Notes: a model not told the origin generated them from the sequence alone. Shown: positions 48,759-58,390, counted from the stretch's first letter. The stretch: DNA of 64,000 bases from Candidatus Spechtbacterales bacterium (GCA_040902285.1 JBBDXP010000012.1:8501-72500), one strand, 5' to 3'. Numbers and translations: made by a program.

Positions 48759-49508
48759 ATGATAACTATAAAATCAAAAGAGGAAATAGAAAAAATGCGC
48801 CAAAGCGGCAAAATTGCCGCTTTAATTTTGCATGAGATTGCCGATGCCGCCCAGCCCGGCGTAAAAACATCTCAGCTTAATGAGCTGGCCGAAAAGCTGA
48901 TAAAAGTGCATGGAGTCGAGGCGGCATTTAAGGGTTATCAAAAATTCCCCGCCTCATTGTGCGCATCCATAAACGATGTGGTCGTGCATGGCGTCCCTGA
49001 CGAAACAGAACTAAAGGAAGGAGATGTTCTCGGTTTGGATTTCGGAGTCGTTTATGACGGGTGGTATTCGGATACCGCTATTACTTTGGGGGTGGGAAAT
49101 ATATCGCACGAAGCATCCCGCATTATAAAAGTGGCAAAAAAAGCTCTCCGTCTCGGAATTAAAAAAGCAAAGCCCGGAAACACCACTCAAGATATCGGCA
49201 ACACCATTCAGCGCTATGTGGAAGACGAGGGCTTCCATGTTGTGCGCGAACTTGTCGGCCACGGCATAGGCAGGAATTTACACGAAGATCCCTCGGTGCC
49301 CAATTACGGCAAGCGCCATCTTGGGACGGTTTTGGAAGAAGGAATGGTTATAGCCATAGAGCCCATGATTGTGGCCGGCCCGCCTCTTTTAGAATTGCAC
49401 GCTGACGAGTTCGGATACAAAAGCAAACATAAATTTTTAACCGCTCATTTCGAGCATACAGTCGCTATTACAGCCGATGCTTCCCTTGTGCTTACCGAGA
49501 CCGATTAA
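48759..49508 (+). CDS. map: Methionine aminopeptidase type I
   Basis: Metal-binding D/D/H/E/E pattern (…VVHGVPDE…DFGVVYDGWYSD…HGIG…IEPM…). Confidence 0.9.
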   Translation: MITIKSKEEIEKMRQSGKIAALILHEIADAAQPGVKTSQLNELAEKLIKVHGVEAAFKGYQKFPASLCASINDVVVHGVPDETELKEGDVLGLDFGVVYDGWYSDTAITLGVGNISHEASRIIKVAKKALRLGIKKAKPGNTTQDIGNTIQRYVEDEGFHVVRELVGHGIGRNLHEDPSVPNYGKRHLGTVLEEGMVIAIEPMIVAGPPLLELHADEFGYKSKHKFLTAHFEHTVAITADASLVLTETD

Positions 49509-49546
49509 CATTCTGGCGACCTGCGATTTCGTGATACAATAAGTAT

Positions 49547-50305
49547 ATGCGCGAACATAATATAAGGTTGTCCGTGATAATACCGGCCTATAACGAAGCC
49601 GAAAGAATCGGTGGTACTCTTTTAGATGTTGATAAATATTTAACAAGTCAGGACTACGCTTATGAGATTTTGGTAGTAAATGACGGCTCTGCCGATAATA
49701 CGGTTGATACGGTAAAAAGCTATAAAAAATTGATTGGCAACCTGGAATTAATTGACAATAAAAAAAACCACGGAAAAGGGTATGTGGTCCGCAAGGGTAT
49801 GCTGGAGGCAAAAGGGAAATGGCGTCTTTTTATGGATGCGGACGGTTCCACATCCGTTGACCATGTGGAAAAAATGTGGCCGTTAACTGAAAAGGATTAC
49901 AAAGTCATTATCGGCTCCCGCGATTCTAAAGATGCCAAGGGCGCCAAGCAAAATGTCAAACAGCCCCTTGCAAGGAGATTGCTCGGAAATATGGGCAACA
50001 TTTTGATACAAGTAGTGGGGGTTTGGGGCATTTGGGATACGCAAAATGGTTTTAAAATGTTCCATGAAGAAGCTGCTCAAAAAATATTTTCAAAAGCTCT
50101 CATAGACAAATGGGGTTTTGACATAGAAGCGCTGGCTCTGGCCAGAAAAATGGATTACAAAATAGGCATAATACCGGTTTCCTGGAAAGACGATCCGAGA
50201 AGTCATGTAAGCTTGAAAGGATATTTAAATACATTTGTGGAGCTTTTTAAAATCAGATTGAATTTAATTCTCGGAAAGTATGATGGTCAAAAAGAAAACC
50301 AGTAA
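49547..50305 (+). CDS. GT2 family glycosyltransferase (polyprenol-phosphate sugar transferase-like)
   Basis: LSVIIPAYNEAERI…VVNDGSADNT…DADG (DxD). Confidence 0.75.
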   Translation: MREHNIRLSVIIPAYNEAERIGGTLLDVDKYLTSQDYAYEILVVNDGSADNTVDTVKSYKKLIGNLELIDNKKNHGKGYVVRKGMLEAKGKWRLFMDADGSTSVDHVEKMWPLTEKDYKVIIGSRDSKDAKGAKQNVKQPLARRLLGNMGNILIQVVGVWGIWDTQNGFKMFHEEAAQKIFSKALIDKWGFDIEALALARKMDYKIGIIPVSWKDDPRSHVSLKGYLNTFVELFKIRLNLILGKYDGQKENQ

Positions 50306-51338
50306 AAATAAAAAATCTAAACCGGTAAATCCTCAAAAAAAAGTATCTGAACTTAGGAGGGATCTGGTAACGGGGGATTGGATTGCTATAGCAACGGGCA
50401 GGGCGGGGAAACCGCGAGCTTTTATAAAAGAGGACAAATCGCGCCTGGATACGGACATAACTAAATGTCCGTTCGAGAATCCTCAGGCGCACGGCAACAA
50501 GCCGCCGCTTCTTTTGTATAAAAATAAGAAACATCCCGATTGGAGCTTACAGGTTATACCCAACAAATATCCGGCTTTCGGCCATATGGAAGGTTGCGGG
50601 GATATACAAGAAGTAGGCCCGTATCTTGTTCGCGACGGCAGGGGGTATCACGAGGTAATAATAACTCGGGATCACAAAAAACATTTGGCGCTTTTGGCTC
50701 TTGGCGAAGTGGCAGAGGTTATTAGCGCATACAAAGCGCGTTATCTGGTTCTTAAAGAGGATGAATGCGTAAAATATATTTCGATTTTTCATAACCACGG
50801 CGCGGATGCGGGGGCCTCTCTTCCTCATCCCCACTCTCAGCTTATAGCGGTTCCTTTTGTGCCTTCGGATATTCACCGTTCCCTGGTTGGCTCTAATATG
50901 TTTTTTCGCAAAAACGGCCAATGCGTCCATTGTTCAATGGTGGCCTGGGAATTAAAAGATAAAAAGAGATTGGTTTTTGAAAACGAAATGTTTGTCGCTT
51001 TTTGCCCCTTTGTTTCGCGGACCGCTTTTGAGATAAGAATATTTCCAAAAGGGCACAGGGCTTACTTTGAAAACCTTCCGGATAAGGATATACCTCAATT
51101 AGCGGAAGCATTGCGGGCTTCTCTGGCAAAATTAAACAAGCTGTTGGATGATCCTTCATATAATTTTTTTATACACACAGCTCCCGTAGACGGAGGAAAA
51201 TACCCCAATTATCACTGGCACATAGAAATACTTCCCAAAACCGCGATATGGGCGGGTTTCGAGCTTGGAACGGGCATAGAAATATCAACATTGGAACCCA
51301 AAAAAGCCGCCAAATTTTTAAGAGATGTTAAAATATAG
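50280..51338 (+). CDS. Galactose-1-phosphate uridylyltransferase-like HIT-superfamily nucleotidyltransferase
   Basis: ELRRDLVTGDWIAIATGRAGKP and active-site HPHSQ (GalT H-P-H). Overlaps the GT2 3' end by 26 nt. Confidence 0.65.
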   Translation: MMVKKKTSKNKKSKPVNPQKKVSELRRDLVTGDWIAIATGRAGKPRAFIKEDKSRLDTDITKCPFENPQAHGNKPPLLLYKNKKHPDWSLQVIPNKYPAFGHMEGCGDIQEVGPYLVRDGRGYHEVIITRDHKKHLALLALGEVAEVISAYKARYLVLKEDECVKYISIFHNHGADAGASLPHPHSQLIAVPFVPSDIHRSLVGSNMFFRKNGQCVHCSMVAWELKDKKRLVFENEMFVAFCPFVSRTAFEIRIFPKGHRAYFENLPDKDIPQLAEALRASLAKLNKLLDDPSYNFFIHTAPVDGGKYPNYHWHIEILPKTAIWAGFELGTGIEISTLEPKKAAKFLRDVKI

Positions 51339-51343
51339 TTATT

Positions 51344-51967
51344 ATGGATAATTTGCTGGCATGGCTCGCTTCTTTAATAATCAATACCATAGACCAGATG
51401 GGATACGCGGGTGTTTTTGTACTAATGGCACTAGAGAGCGCCAATATTCCCATACCTTCAGAAATCACGATGACATTTTCAGGTTTTTTGGCATCGCTTG
51501 GTCGGCTTAATTTTTATTGGATAGTTTTTTGGGGCGCGTTAGGCAATCTTATAGGTTCTTTGGCGGGCTATTATATAGGATTTTTCGGGGGGCGCCCTTT
51601 TGTGAAAAAGTATGGAAAGTATATGTTCATGCATGAGCATGATATAGCTATGGCAGAAAACATGTTTGCAAGATACGGAAAATCAATAGCGTTTTTTTCC
51701 AGATTGCTTCCGGTAATCAGGACTTTTATTTCAACTCCTGCCGGAATTGCTAAAATGAATATATGGCAGTTTTCCGTTTATACTTTCGCCGGTTCTTTTA
51801 TCTGGTCTGCCATGTTGGCATATGTCGGATTTTTAGCCGGAGAAAACTGGGATTTTCTTAGTCCTTATTTTAGAAAATTTGACTGGGTCATAATATTGTT
51901 TGGAATTGTTGCCGTTGCGTGGTGGATAAGGAGACACTATAAAATATCTAAAAAATATGGACAATAG
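51344..51967 (+). CDS. DedA/TVP38 family membrane protein
   Basis: GYAGVFVLMALESANIPIPSE…FFGGRPFVKKYGKY…FFSRLLPVIRTFIS. Confidence 0.75.
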   Translation: MDNLLAWLASLIINTIDQMGYAGVFVLMALESANIPIPSEITMTFSGFLASLGRLNFYWIVFWGALGNLIGSLAGYYIGFFGGRPFVKKYGKYMFMHEHDIAMAENMFARYGKSIAFFSRLLPVIRTFISTPAGIAKMNIWQFSVYTFAGSFIWSAMLAYVGFLAGENWDFLSPYFRKFDWVIILFGIVAVAWWIRRHYKISKKYGQ

Positions 51968-52715
51968 AAAAAAATATTTCATCGCAAATTGGAAAATGAA
52001 TCCCGCGTCAGAAAACGACGCCAAGAAACTTGCCCGCAATGTGGTTGCCCTCTTGCGCGCGGTTAAAAAAAGAGGGAATACCCGAATTGTTTTATGTCCT
52101 CCTTTTACGTTCTTACTGCCCGTTGCTTCATTGCTGGGCTATGGCGCGGAATTAGGCGCTCAAAACTGTCATTTCGAGGACTCGGGAGCTTACACAGGGG
52201 AAGTATCGGCAAAAATGCTTAAAAGTTTAAAATGTCGATATGTAATTGTCGGGCATTCGGAGCGCAGAAATTATTTTAACGAGGATTCTAAATTAATAAA
52301 CAAAAAACTTCATTCCGTTTTAAAAAATGGTTTAACGCCGGTTTTGGCCGTGGGAGAAAAAGAAGGAGAATCTGTAAAAGTGATAGAGCGCCAGCTTAAA
52401 GAAGCTCTTGAGGGTGTAAGCGGAGCCAAGGCAAAAAATATTATAATAGCTTACGAACCGGTCTGGGCTATAGGTACGGGAAAATCCGCCACCGCGGATA
52501 ATGCTATGAGCGCCCGGATAATGATAAGAAAGGTGTTGGCGGCTTTTTATCCCAAAACAACGGCAAATAAGATTCCTGTTTTATACGGGGGCAGCACAGA
52601 TAGCAAAAACATAGTCCGTTTTACCAAAGACGCTCAAATGGACGGCGCGCTTGTGGGGGACTCAAGCTTAAACGCAAAAGAATTTATTAAAATGGTTGAA
52701 GAAATAGGAAAATGA
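51957..52715 (+). CDS. tpiA: Triosephosphate isomerase
   Basis: FIANWKMN, VIVGHSERR, AYEPVWAIGTGKSAT. Confidence 0.9.
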   Translation: MDNRKKYFIANWKMNPASENDAKKLARNVVALLRAVKKRGNTRIVLCPPFTFLLPVASLLGYGAELGAQNCHFEDSGAYTGEVSAKMLKSLKCRYVIVGHSERRNYFNEDSKLINKKLHSVLKNGLTPVLAVGEKEGESVKVIERQLKEALEGVSGAKAKNIIIAYEPVWAIGTGKSATADNAMSARIMIRKVLAAFYPKTTANKIPVLYGGSTDSKNIVRFTKDAQMDGALVGDSSLNAKEFIKMVEEIGK

Positions 52716-52836
52716 GTCCCGTTAGTAATTACCCTAACGGGTCTGCTAAACTAAGTACAGTAAATATAGGTAGTTGATTTAGTTAAATACATATAAATTA
52801 AAACTGCGTAAGTAGTAATTACTAACGGGATGAGAT
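52712..52836 (+). mobile_element. Family-A MITE-like element, copy A4; inserted at the tpiA-stop/pgk-start ATGA overlap
   Basis: …gaaaATGAGT|CCCGTTAGTAATTAC…GTAATTACTAACGGG|ATGAGA ttattgg. About 97% identical to A1. Coordinates ±2. Confidence 0.65.
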
Positions 52837-53978
52837 TATTGGAAAATTTAAAAATAGAACCACACACACGGGTTATCTTAAGGACTGATTACAATGTGTC
52901 TGTTGTTAACGGAAAAGTGGAGGATGATTTCAGAATAGAGGCCTCTCTTAAAACCATTGAATACCTGTTGGCCAAGAAAGCAAAAATAATAATAATGTCG
53001 CATATGGGCAGGCCCCGGGGGCGCGACAAGTCCTTAAGTTTGAAGCCAGTTGCCGATCATTTGGAAACCCTTTTAAATAAAAAAATTTTGTTTTTTGCTG
53101 ATGTTGAAACGGCTCAGCATAGCATAGAGGATATGAAGCCGGGGGATATAGCAATGCTCGAAAATCTGCGCTTTTTTCCGGGAGAAGAGGCGTCTGACAA
53201 GCGGTTCGCTAACGAACTTTCAAAACTGGGAGATGTGTATGTTGACGACGCCTTTGCGGTTGCTCATCGCAAACACACTTCCGTTTTTCTGCTTCCCCGG
53301 CTTTTGCCTCCGGCGGCCGGATTTTTAATACAAAAAGAGGTAAATGTTCTGGATGAAATACGCGTGGCGCAAAAACCGCCCGTAGTTTTTATACTCGGCG
53401 GCGCCAAGGTGGAAACAAAGGTAAAGATATTCATTAAGCTTATCCACAAAATAGATGCCATATGTATTGGAGGCCTGCTTGCCAACTCTATTTTGATGAC
53501 TAAAGGCATAGCCATAGGAAAATCTAATTATGAAGATATAGCGCAATATGTTGACGGCATGGATCTCACAGATACCCGCTTGCACCTTCCTTTGGATGTT
53601 GTGGTTTCAAAAGACCCCTCGGGCAAAAGTCCTGCGAGAATAACGGCTGTAGCAAGCGTAAAGGCCGATGAAATGATACTGGATGCCGGTCCCGACACCA
53701 TAAAGTTATTCTCAAAGATAATAAGAACAGCGGGTACTGTTGTTTGGAATGGACCGTTGGGAGTTTTTGAAATAGAAAAATTCAGCAAAGGAACAAGGGA
53801 TCTTGCCAAAGAGTTAAAAAACACAAAAGCGAGAGTTGTTGTCGGCGGGGGAGATATAGTGCGGGCAATACATAAAGTTGGAGCCGAAAAATCCATATAC
53901 TACCAGTCCACCGGAGGCGGGGCCATGCTTGAATATCTGGCCGAAGGAAAACTACCCGCGCTGGATGTCCTTAAATAA
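52830..53978 (+). CDS. pgk: Phosphoglycerate kinase
   Basis: Typical PGK N-terminal (…DYNVSVVNGKVEDDFRIEASLKTI…) and C-terminal GGGA motifs. 382 aa. Confidence 0.9.
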   Translation: MRLLENLKIEPHTRVILRTDYNVSVVNGKVEDDFRIEASLKTIEYLLAKKAKIIIMSHMGRPRGRDKSLSLKPVADHLETLLNKKILFFADVETAQHSIEDMKPGDIAMLENLRFFPGEEASDKRFANELSKLGDVYVDDAFAVAHRKHTSVFLLPRLLPPAAGFLIQKEVNVLDEIRVAQKPPVVFILGGAKVETKVKIFIKLIHKIDAICIGGLLANSILMTKGIAIGKSNYEDIAQYVDGMDLTDTRLHLPLDVVVSKDPSGKSPARITAVASVKADEMILDAGPDTIKLFSKIIRTAGTVVWNGPLGVFEIEKFSKGTRDLAKELKNTKARVVVGGGDIVRAIHKVGAEKSIYYQSTGGGAMLEYLAEGKLPALDVLK

Positions 53979-53989
53979 GAGTCAAAACA

Positions 53990-55684
53990 ATGAGTTTACT
54001 AAATAAAACCTGGAAAATAAACAAGCCGGCTCCGCCGAGCTTTATTAAATTAAAAACAGGGTATTCGGAAGTTGTAGGACAACTTCTTTGGAATAGAGGT
54101 GTAAAAACAAAAAAGAATACCGGCAAATTTATGCATCCGGATTATTACAAAGACCTTCACGATCCAAAATTATTAAAAAATATAAACACCGCCATAAAAA
54201 GGATAAGTTCCGCTATAGAGAAAAATGAAAAAATTTTAATATATGGCGATTACGACGCTGACGGCGTTTGCAGTTCCACCCTTTTAAAAGAAGGACTGCA
54301 AAGATGCGGCGCCACAAACATATCGGTATATATTCCTCACAGAGACGATGAGGGTTATGGTCTTAATGAGTCAGCCGTGCACCAATTTATAAAAGAAAAA
54401 TACAATTTGCTAATAACAGTGGATTGCGGCTCCGGCAACATTGAAGAAATAAAATTAGCGCAAGATAACGGTATAGATGTTGTGGTAATAGACCACCACC
54501 AAGTTTTAACAGAGAAAAAATTTTGCCATGCGCTGGTAAACCCTCACCAAAAAGGAGATAAATATCCCTTTAAAGACATTTGCGCTACGGCAGTCGCGTT
54601 TAAGGTTATACAGGCGTTAAACGCGAAAACAAAGTCCTTTGAAAAGGAACAGGAAAAATGGTTTTTGGATTTGGTGGCGATAGCCACAGTAACCGATGTA
54701 ATGCCCCTAATTGACGAAAACAGAACTTTTGTAAAATACGGGCTTATGGTTTTGAAAAAAACAAAGCGCGAAGGACTTAAGGCGCTTATGGAGGTATCTA
54801 AACTTAAAAATTTAAACTCCGACGCGCTCGGATTCATTTTAGGTCCCCGAATAAACTCGGCTGGCAGAGTCGCGCATGCCGACCTCGCGTTTAATTTGCT
54901 TAACGCCAAAAAACCCGCGAAAGCAAAGGCGTTTGCCCTACGGCTTGAAAATAAAAACAAGGAACGACAAAAAATAGTTTCCAAAATCTTAGAAGAAATA
55001 GATTTCGAAACTTTAAAAGGACAGAATGTTATATTTGAAGGCAAAGAACACTGGCCCATAGGTGTTCTTGGTATAGTTGCGGGACGGCTGGCAGATACTT
55101 TTGGAAAACCTTCTTTTGTTTATCAGAAAAAACAAGCGGTTTTAGTGGGCTCGGCAAGAACGCCCTACAATTTTAACACTGTGCAAATACTTTCAAGCTG
55201 TGAAAATATTCTTCAAAAATTTGGCGGGCACAGGCAGGCAGGCGGTTTTACCGCTCTTTTAGAACACGAAGAAGCGCTTGCGAAAGGGATTAACAAACAC
55301 ATCATAAATATGGGAAAAAGGATCAAAAACAAATTACCGGTTCTTTCTATAGACGCTGATGTAACAGCCGGAGATATAAATTACGACCTTTACAAGCAAT
55401 TACTCTTGCTTGAGCCCTACGGAGAGGGCAATCCCAGGCCCAATTTTATTCTAAAAAACGCGCAACTAAAAAATATGCGCTTGGTGGGCTCGAAAAACAC
55501 TCACTTAAAATGCGCCATAGAAAAGGATAACAAAACACTAAGTGCTATAGGTTTTAACATGGCCACTGCCGCGGCAAACTTACAAAACAGCGATATCGTT
55601 GATATAGTGTTTAATATAGACATAAACGATTTTAACGGGGTACAAAACCTGGACCTAAAACTGGTGGATATAAAAAAGAGATAA
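53990..55684 (+). CDS. recJ: Single-stranded-DNA-specific exonuclease RecJ
   Basis: DHH motifs LIYGDYDADGVCSS, VDCG and VVIDHHQ, plus DHHA1 region. Confidence 0.85.
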   Translation: MSLLNKTWKINKPAPPSFIKLKTGYSEVVGQLLWNRGVKTKKNTGKFMHPDYYKDLHDPKLLKNINTAIKRISSAIEKNEKILIYGDYDADGVCSSTLLKEGLQRCGATNISVYIPHRDDEGYGLNESAVHQFIKEKYNLLITVDCGSGNIEEIKLAQDNGIDVVVIDHHQVLTEKKFCHALVNPHQKGDKYPFKDICATAVAFKVIQALNAKTKSFEKEQEKWFLDLVAIATVTDVMPLIDENRTFVKYGLMVLKKTKREGLKALMEVSKLKNLNSDALGFILGPRINSAGRVAHADLAFNLLNAKKPAKAKAFALRLENKNKERQKIVSKILEEIDFETLKGQNVIFEGKEHWPIGVLGIVAGRLADTFGKPSFVYQKKQAVLVGSARTPYNFNTVQILSSCENILQKFGGHRQAGGFTALLEHEEALAKGINKHIINMGKRIKNKLPVLSIDADVTAGDINYDLYKQLLLLEPYGEGNPRPNFILKNAQLKNMRLVGSKNTHLKCAIEKDNKTLSAIGFNMATAAANLQNSDIVDIVFNIDINDFNGVQNLDLKLVDIKKR

Positions 55685-55686
55685 AT

Positions 55687-56130
55687 ATGGCACAATCAAA
55701 CAAAATCACAGTTCATGTTGATGGAGGAGCGCGTGGAAATCCGGGACCTGCGGCACTTGGTGTTGTTTTTGCGGCACCCTTAAATAAAGAATATTCAAGT
55801 TATCTGGGAGTAAAAACAAACAACGAGGCCGAATATTCAGCGGTTGTCTTTGCTTTGCAAAAATTAAAATCTTTGCTTGGAAAAGATAAAACAAAAAATA
55901 CAGAGGTACAATTTTTTATGGATTCCGAACTTGCCGTTAAGCAGTTAAGCTACCAGTACAAAATTGAAAGTCCAAATATAATACCTCTATTCATAAAAAT
56001 ACATAATTTAAGATTGGGTTTCGATAAAGTGGCATTTACGCACGTTCCTCGAGAAAAAAATAAAGATGCCGACAGAATGGTCAACGTGGAATTGGATAAG
56101 CGCATGGGAAAAAATTTGTTTAATTCTTAA
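55687..56130 (+). CDS. RNase H (type 1-like)
   Basis: ITVHVDGGARGNPGPAALGVV… D-E-D-D arrangement. Confidence 0.7.
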   Translation: MAQSNKITVHVDGGARGNPGPAALGVVFAAPLNKEYSSYLGVKTNNEAEYSAVVFALQKLKSLLGKDKTKNTEVQFFMDSELAVKQLSYQYKIESPNIIPLFIKIHNLRLGFDKVAFTHVPREKNKDADRMVNVELDKRMGKNLFNS

Positions 56131-56140
56131 ACCAATTCAA

Positions 56141-56317
56141 CAGAAAGTTCCGATATTCTTATCCGAAGAGCTCTCGGAGGCGCAAAAGCTTGGTTCCCGT
56201 AGGGAGTTTGTGCTGAGAGGCAGCGGACGGTTTCCGTCCGCCTCGGCTTCGCCTCAGCGAGACGGGCTGGAGAAACCGGACCGCGGTCTGAGGATAAGAA
56301 GTATCGGAACTTTCTAA
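56141..56317. repeat. Family-B element copy B3: GC-rich core flanked by a 24-bp inverted repeat (cagaaagttccgatattcttatcc / ggataagaagtatcggaactttctaa)
   Basis: Core …tctcggaggcgcaaaagcttggttcccg… matches the reverse complement of the B2 core (tctcggaggcgaagcgggcttggttcgcg). Confidence 0.55.
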
Positions 56318-56366
56318 ATCTCTAGGTTTTGAAAAGAAAGATTCCTAAGCTGGGCTCTCCAATACA

Positions 56367-56393
56367 AAAGCCCCGCCAATGGCGGGGCTTTTG
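56367..56393 (-). terminator. Terminator hairpin (aaaagccccgccaatggcggggctttt) at the 3' end of rnpB; bidirectional
   Basis: 9-bp GC stem with T-runs on both strands. Confidence 0.7.
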
Positions 56394-56897
56394 CTTGAGA
56401 ATATTATAAGCCGAATTCTGTACCAAAATTGTCTGAGTGAAACGAAGTCACAATTTTGAGTACCCGCCATAGCCCAAGGGGCGTAGGAGGGTTGTCCGCC
56501 TTCGCATAAAGCTACGGTGGACGCTCAATTTTGTAATTGTTCGTGAGCTCGCGAACAAAATTGGCGAGAGTTATTTATCTGCCCATCTCGTTGCCGAGAG
56601 GGTCAAGCGGCACTTCCTGCATATTCTTGTAAAAACGCAGGACACGGCCTTGCACTCGGGTAAGGATTTAGCCGTTTCACTCTGGCTTTTTTGTCCCTAT
56701 GGCCAGATTGAGCCTTCTACGCTGGGATTGGGCCCCTCCTGCCTTTCGGCGCGGAGCGTCACTGTTCGCACCTCTATCCTCGCGGACGACGGGCGTTACC
56801 CGCTACCCGGCTCCTTGCTTTAACGCAAGGGAGTGTTCGGACTTTCCTCCCCACACCTTGCGAACAAGGCGCAGAGCAACTCTCCGTATTCTCACGG
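56394..56897 (-). ncRNA. rnpB: RNase P RNA (bacterial type A-like, enlarged to about 500 nt)
   Basis: On the minus strand: P1 UGAGAAUA/UAUUCUCA. P3 hairpin. GGAGGAAAGUCCGAAC (P4 5') pairing with ACAGAAUUCGGCUUA (P4 3', bulged U). GGGUAACGCC and AGUGAAA motifs. Upstream TTTACA-17-TATAAT promoter. Confidence 0.8.
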
Positions 56898-56899
56898 AT

Positions 56900-56928
56900 A
56901 TTATACATTATTTTAAACAAGATGTAAA
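56900..56928 (-). promoter_or_regulatory. Candidate rnpB promoter (TTTACA-17 bp-TATAAT on minus strand)
   Basis: Read on the reverse complement. The -10 ends about 7 nt before the P1 5' strand. Confidence 0.5.
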
Positions 56929-56993
56929 GTTGAGAATACAACAGTTTCATTGTATTATGATACCAAATTGTATAATTGTTCTGATTAAAAATA

Positions 56994-58376
56994 ATGAGAA
57001 AGAATGACTTGTTTTTCAATATAATACTTGTGCCCATAGATCTGCTTTTACTTGTCAGCGCGGGCTTTGCCGCTTATTTTTTGCGCACCAGTCATTTCGT
57101 CTCCGATATCAAACCCGTTCTCTTCAACCTTCCTTTGCCGTATTTTTTTACAATAACAATTGCTTTTGCGATATTTATAACCCTTGTTTTCGCGTTAAGC
57201 GGGCTTTACATTATGCGCAGAACCACTTCAGTTTTGCAGGAGCTGGCGAAAGTTGTGGTTTCTGTTTCCGCGGGAATGGCAATGATTATCGCGTTCATGT
57301 TTTTTAACAGGGAATGGTTCGATTCGCGTTTTATACTTCTTGCGGCCTGGGGATTCTCTATTATTTTTGTATCTTTCGGCCGGATATCTATAAGAATAAT
57401 AAAAAGTTCGGTTTTACATAAGCGCGGTGTGGGTGCCGAAAACACAATAGTTTTGGGACAGGGGGAAAAAGTTGAGATTATTAAAAAACAGATTTTGCAA
57501 AACAAAAAACTGGGCCTTAATTTGGTGGGAATCCTGCCCATGCCCAATTATAACCTTTTAAAAAGTATGCATGCTGGTAAAAATCTGCACAGAGTTATAA
57601 CCGTGAACGCGGATTTTGACAGAAGCGAAATTATGCGCGTTGTAAACTTTTGTGAGGAAAACGGAATACAATTTTCCTACATTCCCGATATGTTCGATTC
57701 CATTGTCGCCGACATGTCTTTTGATATTCTAGAAGGTTTTCCCGTGGTTTCTGTAAGACCTAGTCCTTTGGATGGATGGGGAAATGCCGCAAAGCGGCTG
57801 ACAGATATAGTCGGCGCTGTTTTGGGGCTTATAGTACTGTCTCCGTTGTTTGCTGTAATCGTGTTTGCTATTAAATGGGACACTCGTGGGCCGGTTTTAG
57901 TAAAACTGAAAAGAGTAAGCAGAGGAAAGGAGTTTGGGCTGTATAAGTTCCGCTCTATGGTCAGCAACGCCGAAGAATTAAAGCCGATGCTCGCGCATTT
58001 AAACGAAAGGGAAGACGGGCCTTTGTTCAAAATGGCGTCCGATCCGCGCATAACAAGAGTGGGCAAATTTTTAAGGGCGAAGAGATTTGACGAGCTTCCT
58101 CAGCTTATAAATGTTTTAAAGGGCGAGATAAGTTTGGTGGGTCCAAGGCCTCACGAGCCGGGAGAAATTATGCTGTACAAAGATTATCACAAAAAAGTTT
58201 TGGCTTTAAAAAGCGGGATCACGGGCATGGCTCAAGTCAGCGGAGCCTCAGATCTGCCCTTTGACCAAGAGGTTAAACTGGATAGATTTTATATAGAAAA
58301 CTGGTCCTGGAAAATGGATTTGGTTATATTTTTAAAAACCGTTAAGATGTTCCTATTCGATAAAAGCGGGGTATAA
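56994..58376 (+). CDS. Polyprenyl-phosphate sugar phosphotransferase (bacterial sugar transferase, WbaP/EpsL-like)
   Basis: Four N-terminal TM helices. C-terminal Bac_transf motifs LSPLFAVIVFAIKWDTRGPVLVKLKRVSRGKEFGLYKFRSM…GPRPHEP. Confidence 0.8.
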   Translation: MRKNDLFFNIILVPIDLLLLVSAGFAAYFLRTSHFVSDIKPVLFNLPLPYFFTITIAFAIFITLVFALSGLYIMRRTTSVLQELAKVVVSVSAGMAMIIAFMFFNREWFDSRFILLAAWGFSIIFVSFGRISIRIIKSSVLHKRGVGAENTIVLGQGEKVEIIKKQILQNKKLGLNLVGILPMPNYNLLKSMHAGKNLHRVITVNADFDRSEIMRVVNFCEENGIQFSYIPDMFDSIVADMSFDILEGFPVVSVRPSPLDGWGNAAKRLTDIVGAVLGLIVLSPLFAVIVFAIKWDTRGPVLVKLKRVSRGKEFGLYKFRSMVSNAEELKPMLAHLNEREDGPLFKMASDPRITRVGKFLRAKRFDELPQLINVLKGEISLVGPRPHEPGEIMLYKDYHKKVLALKSGITGMAQVSGASDLPFDQEVKLDRFYIENWSWKMDLVIFLKTVKMFLFDKSGV

Positions 58377-58390
58377 GCTCGCTCCGCGAA

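Noticed and set aside
56066-57037. ORFs 56066..56317, 56699..57007 and 56774..57037
   Set aside because: They lie within the B3 element and the RNase P RNA gene or its promoter. They are non-coding.
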